Origin: a virus | Taxonomy: Duplodnaviria > Caudoviricetes | Length of the DNA: 51,174 nt | IMG/VR virus record: IMGVR_UViG_3300050132_000130 | Location: 1 to 51,174 of that record | Reading direction: 5' to 3' (one strand) | In this document: piece after piece, positions 16,700-26,589 of the stretch | How the letters are laid out: each line of letters starts with the position of its first letter | Numbering within the stretch: position 1 is the stretch's first letter | The notes under the pieces: model-generated | What the model was told of the DNA's origin: nothing | What the model saw: the letters and a program-made list of their open reading frames with translations, nothing else | The model's database searches: none | Made by a program: the position numbers and the translations under genes

Positions 16700-17836
16700 T
16701 CACGCCCATGAAATGACTCCAAGCTGACTCAACCTGCCCGTCGTCGCCACAACATCAGCCGACGGAACGGTAATAATATAATCCTGAATCCCCGGTATCG
16801 CATCGATCGCAGCCTCAAACGCGGCGAATGGTATCGTGCCACCTGTCTGGCCGTTCGGGAGCAACACGCCGCCGACAGTACCGAGCGACAGGAACGTGGC
16901 AGTCAGCGCCGCCGAGACCGAGGCTTTCATCGCCGTCGTGTTCGGGCTCAGGTTTGTGATAGTAAACGGCACAAGCGACTGCACCGGCGCGCACGAAATA
17001 ACCAGCGCCGTCACAGGCCGCTTCAAGAATATCGCGTTCGCCACCAATAACTGATCGCCGGTCGCAGCCGCCGTCCGTGTTTCCAGTGTCGCGCCGCCGT
17101 TCGTGCCCTGCGGGAACCCCCCATACGTCGACTCGGTATTATCAAACATCGTGTAAACATTAACCGTTCCGATGCCGGAACCATTCGGCAAACACCACGC
17201 CCGCGTCACGCCCGGAACCGCCAATGCCCATCCGATGTAATCTGCAACCGCGCCGCCTTGCGGGGGCTGCGCGTACCGTTGCAGCATTTCGGTACGGAAT
17301 GACGGAATGGTCTGAATATCCGCGCCGCCCGTGAACGCCGTCGAAACGGTGCCGGTCGCGTTAATACCGGGAATCGCCACGGAGAACGTCATCGTCGCGC
17401 CGAGCAGGGTGTTCCCCGCCGCGCCTGCGATCTGCGCCGTCGCGGGGACGACCACCGAACCACCGGAAACAACGGCATCGGCGGTCGAGGTGAACAGCGC
17501 GCCGTCTGATCGGGTCAGGACGGTGCCGATCGGGCAGTCGGTCGTGTTGGTGCCCGTGAACGTCGCGGAACCGCTGGCGGCAGTCGCTTGGCCTTGGAAC
17601 ACGCCTTTAAGCGCCGCCCAGCCCTGCAAATACTCGTCGGTCGCCGTGAACGGAACCGCCTGCATGGCGATCCAGTCCTCATACCCGTAATGCAGGTTTG
17701 CCAACCCGGCCTGTATCGACGCGATGACGTTAAGGTTCGATCGGCGCAAGAAACCATCGGCACCCGCGAGATTTGTCGTTACATCGCCATAAGCCTGTTG
17801 GCGTAACGCGGTGAGGGTGGGGCGTGAAAATGGCAT
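16700..17836 (-). CDS. Baseplate J-like wedge protein (Mu gp47)
   Basis: MPFSRPTL, GAAGN, GGAD...PPQGGA-DY-WA-VPGVTRAW motifs. Confidence 0.9.
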   Translation of the reverse strand: MPFSRPTLTALRQQAYGDVTTNLAGADGFLRRSNLNVIASIQAGLANLHYGYEDWIAMQAVPFTATDEYLQGWAALKGVFQGQATAASGSATFTGTNTTDCPIGTVLTRSDGALFTSTADAVVSGGSVVVPATAQIAGAAGNTLLGATMTFSVAIPGINATGTVSTAFTGGADIQTIPSFRTEMLQRYAQPPQGGAVADYIGWALAVPGVTRAWCLPNGSGIGTVNVYTMFDNTESTYGGFPQGTNGGATLETRTAAATGDQLLVANAIFLKRPVTALVISCAPVQSLVPFTITNLSPNTTAMKASVSAALTATFLSLGTVGGVLLPNGQTGGTIPFAAFEAAIDAIPGIQDYIITVPSADVVATTGRLSQLGVISWA

Positions 17837-17837
17837 A

Positions 17838-18302
17838 TCAGACTCCTATTTCGTTCCACAGCAGATTATACGTCATATTCACAGGCTTCGTCCCGTTAGT
17901 TTGATATATCGACACCAAAACCGCCAGAAAATTGTTAGCATTCCAGTTCGCCTGCACGTCAACCTTCGCTGCAACGCCGTCAGTCACCAGCCATGCCAGC
18001 GCCTCCTGACAATATCCGATCGCCGCATTCAAGACGGCCTGCGTCGGGGCGATGCTTCGGTCGAGCAGCCAGAGACGTGAACCCCATTCGTCGAGATTCC
18101 CCTCAACTGTCATGTCGCCCCACCAGCCGCGCGGGTTCGTCGTGCCATCGGGGATGATGTCAGACGGTTGCGCGCGCCGATCGGTGAACAGGGAGATCAG
18201 AACCGCCGTGTAGAGGTCGTCGCCGGACGTCAGCGCGCCAGCAGAGAGAGTCCAGTCGCCCCGACCGTTCGCCGCGTCCCAAGTTGTGAGAATGTCACTC
18301 AT
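17838..18302 (-). CDS. Baseplate protein, Mu gp46 family
   Basis: L-TAVLISLFTDRRA...RGWWGD...GSRLWLL-R...EALAWL-DG. Confidence 0.9.
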   Translation of the reverse strand: MSDILTTWDAANGRGDWTLSAGALTSGDDLYTAVLISLFTDRRAQPSDIIPDGTTNPRGWWGDMTVEGNLDEWGSRLWLLDRSIAPTQAVLNAAIGYCQEALAWLVTDGVAAKVDVQANWNANNFLAVLVSIYQTNGTKPVNMTYNLLWNEIGV

Positions 18303-18847
18303 GGCGGCCCCGGCGGTGAAATTGCATGAGTGTTTGTCGTCACAGTCGCACCTGTCGTATAGTTATCGATCGTCCAGTTCGAGCCGCCAGTCCAAGTAAT
18401 TTTTTGGCCGTACCCGTTGACATCCCATTCGTAGCAGGTTTTTCCGTGAACCTTGATTCCCGCCGCCGTCATATTAACAGAATTTCCCGTTAAGTCTGTC
18501 AGAGAAATCCCCGTGGACGACAAAACCACCGTGTTGCCGAACATGTCGTAGAGGGCGACTGAGCCATTACCCATGTTTCGGATGCCGTAGGATTGGTGAT
18601 TCGACCCGATAATCTGCGCGACAGATCGATCGCCGTTTATCGACAGAACAGCGACATCGGAGTTTGCGGGGGGATTTGATGCGAAACCGTAATGCTGCAT
18701 CACGGGTATATTGTCCTTGACTTGGTTCGCGCCCAGAAGTGCCTGAACTGTGCGAATCACGCCGGAGTCGGTGACGGCGGTCGAGGTGCGGCCTACGCCT
18801 ATAACGTGCTGTACTCTATGGATCAGGTTTTGGATAATTTGCATCAT
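18299..18847 (-). CDS. Baseplate spike, Mu gp45/gpV family
   Basis: Q-YGFASNPP...GDRS...G-VALYD-G and C-terminal His motif (THA). Confidence 0.85.
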   Translation of the reverse strand: MMQIIQNLIHRVQHVIGVGRTSTAVTDSGVIRTVQALLGANQVKDNIPVMQHYGFASNPPANSDVAVLSINGDRSVAQIIGSNHQSYGIRNMGNGSVALYDMFGNTVVLSSTGISLTDLTGNSVNMTAAGIKVHGKTCYEWDVNGYGQKITWTGGSNWTIDNYTTGATVTTNTHAISPPGPP

Positions 18848-20103
18848 GGCGGCGTTAACCCTGATGCGTTGACGGGAGTGACCCCGCTTGTCGGGACGTT
18901 CAATACGCCGGGTGCCGCGACAAGGTTTGTGGGATCAGAATACGCCGGATAATTAACTGTTTGGACTCCACTGATGGTCGTTCCCTGACTTGTGGCAGAC
19001 GATCCATTATTGCCCGGCACGTCTGGATAACGCGACGGGATGAGGACGATCGGCTCAGGTATGAACGCTTCGGGCGGGTTTATCAGGAGTGTCGCGGTCG
19101 TGCCCTTCTCATTATCCCTAGCAAACGTGACCTCACTTATCAGCCATGTCGCCTTTGGTATTTTCAGCGTCGGTAACGCCAGATCGACAAGCGTGTTCGG
19201 CTCCCAGAGATTTCCAGCAGAATCCACCCAGCTATCAGTGGTGATCCTGACTTCCCATGCTTTACCAAAACGGCGATTTTTCTCCCACAACGCGCGCGAA
19301 GTTGTAACAGGAAACGGTGCGAAATCTCCGCTTTCGAGGATGATATATTTTTTCCTGTTACGGAGGACGGTTGAGTCAACCTGCGGCGTACCGATCTGGT
19401 TTACGCTGTTGTTCTGGCCGGAGTTTTGTTGTGTGAGATCGGAATACTGCACAACGGAATTGAACTCGCAAATATATTGCTGGAACCTGTTCATCGTAAA
19501 TGTCGCCGTAGCCTCCTGCACATTCACTCCCTCAGTGAATCCGCAAGCAGCTTTTTTCGATGATGCTGTCGTTAGAACAATACTCCCGTCGGGCATATCA
19601 TAAAACAACAGTTTGGCGTACCGACAAATCCGCGAGATTATCTCCGCAGCAGTTTCGCCATAAATGAATGTGAGCTGAGGAATGTGGTTTTTCGTCGTAT
19701 CTGGAATCACGGTCTGGGTCACGGGAATCCCATAAGGAGTCGTCGCCAACCCCTTAACGATATTTATAATCGTCGAACTCAAAATCTGCGCGTTCGGCCA
19801 TTCAGCGGAACAGTCCACCAAGTCCTCACTCATGCTCCTGCCATAAATAGAAATCCTATGAGTGTCACCCTTTATGGTTACGTCATATTCATCAACATAG
19901 CCCTTCAGAACAGGTTTCCCCATGAGAAATACTTGGCATGGCGCACCGGGAGAAATGACGACCGTTGAATTATCGCCAGAATAAAATTCCGTCATCTCGA
20001 TCTCGAAATCACTCGGCATACGCTCGATCCCGCGAGTCACACGAACGCGCGTCCATCCAGATATGGTCTGATCTCCTACGATGATTGAGATGTCGCCGGT
20101 CAT
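18844..20103 (-). CDS. Baseplate hub, Mu gpP/gp44 family
   Basis: GW-VRVTRGIE, G-PVL-GYVD, GRS-DLVDCS, LWEPN motifs. Confidence 0.85.
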   Translation of the reverse strand: MTGDISIIVGDQTISGWTRVRVTRGIERMPSDFEIEMTEFYSGDNSTVVISPGAPCQVFLMGKPVLKGYVDEYDVTIKGDTHRISIYGRSMSEDLVDCSAEWPNAQILSSTIINIVKGLATTPYGIPVTQTVIPDTTKNHIPQLTFIYGETAAEIISRICRYAKLLFYDMPDGSIVLTTASSKKAACGFTEGVNVQEATATFTMNRFQQYICEFNSVVQYSDLTQQNSGQNNSVNQIGTPQVDSTVLRNRKKYIILESGDFAPFPVTTSRALWEKNRRFGKAWEVRITTDSWVDSAGNLWEPNTLVDLALPTLKIPKATWLISEVTFARDNEKGTTATLLINPPEAFIPEPIVLIPSRYPDVPGNNGSSATSQGTTISGVQTVNYPAYSDPTNLVAAPGVLNVPTSGVTPVNASGLTPP

Positions 20104-20648
20104 GAACTCAAAGCCTGAAAAACAAGGGGCATAAACGCGGGGTGTGCAGGAGACGCCGATGCGATCAACTGATCGGTGCGCGTGATGTCATCATAATACT
20201 GGTACGCCAGAACGAGCGCAGGCATAGGCACGTTCGTCGTAAATGTCTGCAATGGAGGCAGCGCAGCGCCGCGCGTTGTCAAGTCCTGTGATACGGCGTT
20301 TTTCAGCGATGTGAGCGCGAAAAATGTCTCGTCTTGCCCTTGATCGCCTGCGATCGTTATTTCGTCATCAAGGATTGTGCTAACGGCCAACAGGACGGTT
20401 TGTGCGTCGTTCTGCGAGGTTGGCTGATACAACGCCGTTGCCTGCGCCAGAGCAACACACGCCGTTCGACGGCATAAGTCAGCGATACCCGCCTGCACGA
20501 CGGCGCTATTCGCGTCGGCAACAGGCGTATATGGGAACGCGCAGAGATCAGTGAATATCCGCACAGCATCGGCAGGGTCGGCAATCGTGGCAAGCAACGT
20601 CGCCGCGAGAGCTTGGATTGAGGTCGCCACATCTGAAGGTTGGCTCAT
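20100..20648 (-). CDS. DNA circularization protein (Mu gpN-like), C-terminal part
   Basis: PALVLAY-YY-D-R-QL...HPAFMP C-terminal signature. Confidence 0.8.
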   Translation of the reverse strand: MSQPSDVATSIQALAATLLATIADPADAVRIFTDLCAFPYTPVADANSAVVQAGIADLCRRTACVALAQATALYQPTSQNDAQTVLLAVSTILDDEITIAGDQGQDETFFALTSLKNAVSQDLTTRGAALPPLQTFTTNVPMPALVLAYQYYDDITRTDQLIASASPAHPAFMPLVFQALSS

Positions 20649-21472
20649 AATCCCCCCAATACTGTCGTCAGCGACGTTATTCCAGAGGTTATGTTGGCTC
20701 GATCAGCCGATGCGGCATTGACCAGATTAGCCACCTGAGATGAAATTTGACTTGGCGAAACATAAGAGCCGGTGATGCTGCCAGAACCAGAACCCGTCGA
20801 TCCCCCGAAGAAACGCCCGAATCCACCCACAAGCCCAGAGGCAAGATGTGTAATGTTCGCCGCATCGTTGCCTAGTGTCTGAACGTCGCCAATCCACACA
20901 GATGCCGTCGTGAGTGCCTGCCCGGCCGCCTGTGCGCCGGACTTGACCGCATCCGTAACCTGAGACACAAAATCATCGCTTGCAGCAGCGTTTGCGTTTG
21001 CCGCAGCAGTAGCAACGGCATTTCCTGTCGCCACGACCGTTGCGGGGAATATCTGTAGGCCAGACTCCTCGAACACCAGCCGCATCTCGATAACGCGGCC
21101 ATGCGTCATATCCTCTTCAAACGTGCATTGATCGAGGGCTGTGACGGTGAGGCGCCCATAGGTGGGGTGAACTAAAACGCCGGGGCCGGGATATTCCAGA
21201 GCGTCCTGCATAGCGTTACGCTGGGATATAACATCGTCGCCAATTAAGAACCCAACGATATTATATCGACGCGCCTTACGACCCACATCCTCAATCCAAG
21301 GCTGATCGCGGAATGGGTAAATATGTTCGGCAACGCGGCGCCCCACCACCGTCGAGTTCGACCGCGTGACGAACGGGACGCCGTTAAACGATGCAGGCTG
21401 CAACTGCGTAAAATAGTTCGTCAGCGTTGCAAGTGGGTTCGACAGCGCAAAAATTTGGTCAAGAACGCTCAT
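20645..21472 (-). CDS. DNA circularization protein (Mu gpN-like), N-terminal part
   Basis: LQPASFNGVPF...GRR-H-YPFRD-ED-GR...GPG-LVHP-YG N-terminal signature. Confidence 0.85.
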   Translation of the reverse strand: MSVLDQIFALSNPLATLTNYFTQLQPASFNGVPFVTRSNSTVVGRRVAEHIYPFRDQPWIEDVGRKARRYNIVGFLIGDDVISQRNAMQDALEYPGPGVLVHPTYGRLTVTALDQCTFEEDMTHGRVIEMRLVFEESGLQIFPATVVATGNAVATAAANANAAASDDFVSQVTDAVKSGAQAAGQALTTASVWIGDVQTLGNDAANITHLASGLVGGFGRFFGGSTGSGSGSITGSYVSPSQISSQVANLVNAASADRANITSGITSLTTVLGGL

Positions 21473-22746
21473 TGGTCAAACCCCACATGGTTGATTTTTG
21501 ACCTTACCTTCACGGGCTGGTTAGGGGGTGCCGTTACCGTGGTGCCGGGAGGAGCGCCGTTGATATTTACATCGAGGGTGATTGTCTGTTCTCTCGGGGC
21601 GTTTCCTGATAGGGAAATTCCAGAACTAACACCAGCCACAGACGGGTTATTTACCCCCAATAGATTGTCAATAGGGCGCAACCAATCCCCAAACATATCT
21701 CCGAAGGATTGTTTCCCCTTCATTGCGTTAATGCCATGCTGATCCAGAAGTTTGTCCCCGCTAAAAGTATCAGCGGAGAAATTATAAATCCTCGAAAATA
21801 GAGGAGTCAGATGCGCGCCAATCTTTGATGTCAGCGAATCCCACGACAAACCCATCCTGTGCTTGCTTAAATCTTCTTCCCTGCCCTGACTTAATTGTTT
21901 GTCATTCGGGAGGAATGCCTTATTCGCTGCGGCCTCGGCGTCCTTTTTCTGCTTATCAGACAGCATCATCCAAGGCTCTGATCCAGTCAGGCCAAGTTCT
22001 CCCATTAGTGGAACGGCAGCAGAGGGGTCGGCCTTGTAAACACGCTCCGTAGCCTTCATCATTTCCTGCAAGAGAGCCTCTCTCTTTGCCGGATTATTAT
22101 ATCTCTGATAAATATCTTTGACGCCGAGTTGGTTCTGGACTGTCCCCAGTAAGCCGTTGCTGGCGTTCAGCGCCATTCCGCGAACGGCCTGAGTGAAACT
22201 CGTCAATGTCGCTGCCGTCGCGTCTGGCGCGATACCGGCGGCCTGCCATTGGTTCTGCAATTTATAGATGCTCTTTGGTGAATAGCCGGTTTCAAACTGA
22301 GATTTCAGAACGCCGGTTGACCGCTCACCGAACGCATTCGCCAGCTTTGTGACGCCGGTTATGACCCCAGCGCCAGTCAATGTCAGGATTGGCGCCAGCA
22401 ACGCGCTTACAGTCTTGAACAGGAAACCAGCCGAGTCAGAAACGCCATCGAAGCCGGATTTCAAATCCTTAAATCCGGCATGTCTATCCCATTGATCCTG
22501 AGAAACAGTGAGCGTCTTGATAATCCCCTGCACATTTTTCAGGCGATCTCCAATGGAATTTAATTCTTTTTCATCGAATAGAGTGCCGGAACCTTTGGTC
22601 TTATCTTTGGCAGCGGCGCGCTGCGCGGCATTTGCCTGCTTGAACCCAGAGTTCAGCTTATTCATGGCAACAGATAATTCGCTGAGTGCTTTGATGGCCG
22701 GACTGTTATCCGCGCCGATGGTAAATTGGAGTTTTTTGTCGGCCAT
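21469..22746 (-). CDS. Tape measure protein (short)
   Basis: Sits between tail chaperone and DNA circularization genes; helical, Ala/Gly-rich, 425 aa. Confidence 0.7.
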   Translation of the reverse strand: MADKKLQFTIGADNSPAIKALSELSVAMNKLNSGFKQANAAQRAAAKDKTKGSGTLFDEKELNSIGDRLKNVQGIIKTLTVSQDQWDRHAGFKDLKSGFDGVSDSAGFLFKTVSALLAPILTLTGAGVITGVTKLANAFGERSTGVLKSQFETGYSPKSIYKLQNQWQAAGIAPDATAATLTSFTQAVRGMALNASNGLLGTVQNQLGVKDIYQRYNNPAKREALLQEMMKATERVYKADPSAAVPLMGELGLTGSEPWMMLSDKQKKDAEAAANKAFLPNDKQLSQGREEDLSKHRMGLSWDSLTSKIGAHLTPLFSRIYNFSADTFSGDKLLDQHGINAMKGKQSFGDMFGDWLRPIDNLLGVNNPSVAGVSSGISLSGNAPREQTITLDVNINGAPPGTTVTAPPNQPVKVRSKINHVGFDQ

Positions 22747-22747
22747 C

Positions 22748-22906
22748 TTATTCCCCTCGGACGGCCTTTTGTATTCTTTCGGCCTGTTTAGCCCACCATA
22801 TTATCTGCGTTCCCGTCAGTCCCCACGACTCCTCTAGCCCGAAATGAAACGTGTAGGCTATCTCAGCTACGAGGTCGCGCCAGTTTCCTGGCCATCCTCG
22901 AAAAAA
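22748..22906 (-). CDS. -1 frameshift extension of the tail assembly chaperone (P2 gpE'-like)
   Basis: Slippery T TTT TTC at 22906-22900; the -1 frame reads FRGWPGNWRDLVAEIAYTFHFG...IIWWAKQAERIQKAVRGE and stops 1 nt before the TMP start codon. Confidence 0.75.
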   Translation of the reverse strand, partial: FFRGWPGNWRDLVAEIAYTFHFGLEESWGLTGTQIIWWAKQAERIQKAVRGE

Positions 22907-23160
22907 CTTCCCAGCACCTTTTGCGCCTTCACATAATCGCTGCCAGAAATCTGCTTCACGACGGTCGGGTGCAAGCCACAGGCCAGCCCGAGCAGAACGA
23001 TACCCTGCTCTGTGCCACCGCCCTTTGCGGTCTGCTCGGCCATTGCCATCTGACCTGCGTTTGGCTCCTTAATCACCAACTCCGTGATCGTCTTTTCACC
23101 AATCACGAGTGGCTTTTTCAAAACCAGCGTCACACTATCTTCGGGCATACCATCAGACAT
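22867..23160 (-). CDS. Tail assembly chaperone (Mu gp41/P2 gpE-like)
   Basis: L-KPL...ITEL-IKEP...D-FF pattern; follows the tail tube gene. Confidence 0.8.
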   Translation of the reverse strand: MSDGMPEDSVTLVLKKPLVIGEKTITELVIKEPNAGQMAMAEQTAKGGGTEQGIVLLGLACGLHPTVVKQISGSDYVKAQKVLGSFFEDGQETGATS

Positions 23161-23534
23161 TACAGAACCTCAGTAACAGAAGTGCCTTCAAACTTGACTT
23201 CAAACGTGGCCTCTTGGGTTTTCACTTCTTGAACGCCCGTACACCACATATTACGCCCGACGACTTGTTTGCCGTTCGCCAGCGACAGCGAGATCGTCAC
23301 GTTCGTCATCTGGTTGAAATCGGCAACTGTCAGATTATTCGTATCCCGCAAGCTGCCGGAGATAAACGACGCCACCGGCATCTCCTTGAACCCGTGAACC
23401 TGATCCTGGCCGGCCAAGGTTTCGCGTGTAACCGTCGAGGGCGAGTACGACAACTCGCCTTGCAGCAAATACGTCACGCCGCCGACTTGGATCGAGGCGA
23501 TGCCAGCAAGTCTATTCGTTGTATCTTCGGCCAT
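23160..23534 (-). CDS. Tail tube protein (Mu gpM family)
   Basis: RLAG...RET-GQD-VHGFKE...LANGK...FEG. Confidence 0.9.
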   Translation of the reverse strand: MAEDTTNRLAGIASIQVGGVTYLLQGELSYSPSTVTRETLAGQDQVHGFKEMPVASFISGSLRDTNNLTVADFNQMTNVTISLSLANGKQVVGRNMWCTGVQEVKTQEATFEVKFEGTSVTEVL

Positions 23535-23545
23535 GTTCTAACCCC

Positions 23546-25027
23546 TTATTTCAAGCGGAACTGCGCCAACAGCGCGAAAATATCAAGTTGATCGATCAGT
23601 ATGCCATCCCAGAGAACGTCAACCCGGTTCGGGTTCGTGGAGTTCTGCTGGACAATCAGGCCAGCGATAAACGCCGCGCTGTCTTGAACCTGGCCGTTGT
23701 ATTCCATCTCCTGATACTGCGCGATCAGGAACGCCTTAATCGTGCTCGGCGTGACGATATTCGAGCCATCGGCAAACTTCGTGCCGTCAGCCGCCAGTTT
23801 GAATCGCGCGAAGTTCGATGACACGGCGATATTCAACTGCGTCAGGATCGATGCGAGGTTATACATCGTGTTGATTTGCAGATACGAGTTATCGGCCTGA
23901 CCAAATTTATTCGTCTGGTACGTCGTGATCGTACCCTCCAACATAACCGTGCCGGCATCGTTGACAGTGAACGTCGATATGCCGTCAAACAGCAACGTAT
24001 TTCGCTCGGTCGGAGGGAAACGATACATCGACTTAGGCGGCAACATCGTGCTAAGCGCCAAAGTATGCAGCGGGGTCGCGGGGTCAGTGCGTAAAGACAC
24101 AGCGGCAGTCGCGGCGAAATCAGCGGCGATTTTCCATTCTGTCGTCGGGCTTTGGTAGAAACCAAGGATCGATGTATGCTGGTCGTTCATCGCGTTGCCA
24201 GCAGTCACCAAAGATCCGAACGTGCCGCGCAGCGCACACCATGCGTGGCCATAAATCTGCTGATCCCAACTCCATGTCCCGGTCACATCGTTCAGATACG
24301 CCGTGATCGCGGCCAATGAAGTTGAATCGGTATATGGCGAGATTATGAAATCGAAACGCTTGGTGAGGTTCCCAAGGGCAGTCGTCAGAACAGGGTTCGC
24401 TGTGCCGCCAGACATCGCAACGATCGTGAATGTCAGACCTGCCGGGGTGAACTCGCCGCCAGATGTACCACGATAATTAACCTGAATGTCGATGTCGTTC
24501 GCGGTCAGGCCCTTGTGGTTAGACGTGAAGGTGATAACACCTGCCGAGTTCGCGGCGGTTACAGGCAGATTTGGGGTCGCGGCACAGGCCGCAACGATCG
24601 CGGCAGCAACCAGGGTCACAGTCGAGAGTGCGGTCGTGATCGCAGTTTGAACGAGGACACCGCCGATATACAGGTTCAAGGTGCCGTTCGCGGTAGGGAC
24701 AGCCGTGACAGTCAGGGTTCCTGTCGCAACAGAACCGGCACCATTATCGGCAACGGGCAGCAGCCACAATTCGCCAAACGGATCAGCCGCGCGATACGCC
24801 GCAACCATGTCGGCCAGCATCGAACCAGCGCCGCCCTGCGTGATCGCATCAAGCGGGCCTGCGGAAATGATCGGAGTGTTGGCCACAGCAGCGCCGGTCG
24901 AGAGCATCTGGCCGATAATCAGCGCGCGCGATGTGACCTGCCCAGTGTTCGCCTTGGAATTATTGACCTCGGCGTAGAACAGGGGGAGACGGAGATTGCT
25001 CGGAATGTTGGAAAAAGGAATGGACAC
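23546..25027 (-). CDS. Tail sheath protein (Mu gpL family)
   Basis: F-IPSNLRLPLFYAE-NS-A, GAGSML, ITTYQ-N-G-D-SYL, NPNRVDV...QFRL. Confidence 0.95.
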   Translation of the reverse strand: MSIPFSNIPSNLRLPLFYAEVNNSKANTGQVTSRALIIGQMLSTGAAVANTPIISAGPLDAITQGGAGSMLADMVAAYRAADPFGELWLLPVADNGAGSVATGTLTVTAVPTANGTLNLYIGGVLVQTAITTALSTVTLVAAAIVAACAATPNLPVTAANSAGVITFTSNHKGLTANDIDIQVNYRGTSGGEFTPAGLTFTIVAMSGGTANPVLTTALGNLTKRFDFIISPYTDSTSLAAITAYLNDVTGTWSWDQQIYGHAWCALRGTFGSLVTAGNAMNDQHTSILGFYQSPTTEWKIAADFAATAAVSLRTDPATPLHTLALSTMLPPKSMYRFPPTERNTLLFDGISTFTVNDAGTVMLEGTITTYQTNKFGQADNSYLQINTMYNLASILTQLNIAVSSNFARFKLAADGTKFADGSNIVTPSTIKAFLIAQYQEMEYNGQVQDSAAFIAGLIVQQNSTNPNRVDVLWDGILIDQLDIFALLAQFRLK

Positions 25028-25233
25028 TATTCATTCTCCTTGGACAGGGAAACGGGCGCGGCTTTCGCGGCAGGCTTGAAACTCGCGTCGGGCGGCAGAA
25101 CAATCTCCGCGTCACCGTCCCGTAACCGGCGCTGCCAGAACGGAGAATCGACGACGTTGCAGCCCTCATCGGGAATCAGCAATTTCGTCAAATGATCCCG
25201 TATTTTCAGGCCGCGTGTGGCTCGGATGAACAT
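25027..25233 (-). CDS. DUF2635 family (Mu gp38-like) protein
   Basis: G-IRD...P-EG-V-FW-RRLRDGD; directly upstream of sheath. Confidence 0.85.
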   Translation of the reverse strand: MFIRATRGLKIRDHLTKLLIPDEGCNVVDSPFWQRRLRDGDAEIVLPPDASFKPAAKAAPVSLSKENE

Positions 25234-25263
25234 GGAGGCTCCACGAATCAGAAATTTCTGTGA

Positions 25264-25309
25264 CCACTATATATGGTAGAAATGGACACGTCAAACACTA
25301 CATCAGGTG
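25264..25309 (-). promoter_or_regulatory. Tail-operon sigma70 promoter overlapped by tandem NrdR-like boxes
   Basis: TTGACG(25294-25289)-17 nt-TATAGT(25271-25266); boxes ccaCtAtATaTgGta (25264) and acaCtAcATcagGtg (25295), 31 bp apart. Confidence 0.7.
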
Positions 25310-25917
25310 TTGTTCGTGTTTAGATTGTCTGACTCAACGTAGCCTTCGAGACGCCCATCAGGCCCTGTCGTGCGTGGCGCCGTCGTCGCATCGTTCGGGA
25401 ACAGCGGATCAGTATAAGTCCCGCTCGGGTCGAATATGTTCTGCAAGTCCACGCTGACCGTGATCGTCGAGAGCGGCAGGGCTTGCGGCTGATAGACCTC
25501 GAAGTAAGACATGTGAATTTCGAGGATCGCGCTGGCGATAAAAAATTCAGAGTCGGCATCGGTAATGTTCACACAATCGACCGCAGGAAACTCCTGCAAC
25601 AACGGCGTGATCGTGGGGTCTGTGAGAATCACCTGCTGGATTTGCCCGACGAGGGTATCCAGTTTCGCGTTCGCGGCGGACATTGTTACATCGACCACGC
25701 GCACATCCAGCCTTAATACGAAAGTGGTATTAAAATTGGCGACGGTTTTCGCGCCGGAGATTTTCGATTCTCTGCTCCAATTTACCAAAATCGCCGGGCT
25801 TGTCTTTTCGTTCGTCGGCCACGCATAAAGGAACACGTTGCTGCCAGCCAGCGTTCCGCCGTTTAAGAGCGCCGCGATGGATAGGTCACGAAGCTGGGCG
25901 CGGTTGGTTTGGGTCAT
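25303..25917 (-). CDS. Putative tail terminator/completion protein
   Basis: Between head-tail joining gene and sheath; T-AG-NVF...WP...PAI-V pattern. Confidence 0.6.
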   Translation of the reverse strand: MTQTNRAQLRDLSIAALLNGGTLAGSNVFLYAWPTNEKTSPAILVNWSRESKISGAKTVANFNTTFVLRLDVRVVDVTMSAANAKLDTLVGQIQQVILTDPTITPLLQEFPAVDCVNITDADSEFFIASAILEIHMSYFEVYQPQALPLSTITVSVDLQNIFDPSGTYTDPLFPNDATTAPRTTGPDGRLEGYVESDNLNTNNT

Positions 25918-26267
25918 TCGAGTAATGTCGCCGAGAGGTGAAGCAATAATGATCCGTGTCCGTCATCCAAGGCACTCCGGACGAGGTATGTGCGGCCCCT
26001 GACAACAATCTGGTCCCCCTGCAACAGCGTCCAGTTCGTAGGCGGGTTCGGAAAATCGCTGCAACGGCATCCAAAAACTGGCACATGCACCACGACTTCC
26101 ATTCCGTCTTTGATTTTTATCTCGGCTGATACGGGGTCGAATATGCCGCTCAGATTAAACGGTGTACCGTTCTGGGGCGTATAGACGGGGATCGGGTAGC
26201 CCTGATTGACTTCCCCAAAAGCAGCGTCGCAGGCGGCGAGGACGGTTAAATCGAAACTTAACGTCAT
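25914..26267 (-). CDS. Head-tail joining protein (lambda gpFII-like)
   Basis: FGE...Y-P...GIFD...QGD-I-V-G-Y-V...DG-G...L-L. Confidence 0.7.
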   Translation of the reverse strand: MTLSFDLTVLAACDAAFGEVNQGYPIPVYTPQNGTPFNLSGIFDPVSAEIKIKDGMEVVVHVPVFGCRCSDFPNPPTNWTLLQGDQIVVRGRTYLVRSALDDGHGSLLLHLSATLLE

Positions 26268-26282
26268 CCTCGCCCCCGTGAA

Positions 26283-26561
26283 TTAACGACTCCCGCGCCG
26301 GATTTGCTGGTCGGTCTGTTCTGTGACTTGGACATCTCCGCCAGGCACATAATCAGCAACGGACGCAGCTTCAATATCAGCCGCAGACAGTTTCTTGGCG
26401 TGTGGGTCAACGATGAACTTCTGTTTAACCAGACGTTCAATTTCCGACTCATCCACCGTGACTTTTTCGCCCGGCAACTTAATCGTGTCAGGCTTGCCAT
26501 TTAACCCATTCACATGAATGGAATGACCGCGCGCGACAGTAACTTCAACTGGCTTACCCAT
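26283..26561 (-). CDS. Hypothetical protein following major capsid (possible packaging accessory)
   Basis: GAGGAG RBS; PGE-V...E-ERL motif; position equivalent to lambda FI. Confidence 0.6.
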   Translation of the reverse strand: MGKPVEVTVARGHSIHVNGLNGKPDTIKLPGEKVTVDESEIERLVKQKFIVDPHAKKLSAADIEAASVADYVPGGDVQVTEQTDQQIRRGSR

Positions 26562-26589
26562 ATCGGTATTCTCCTCGGCTAGTTAATCG

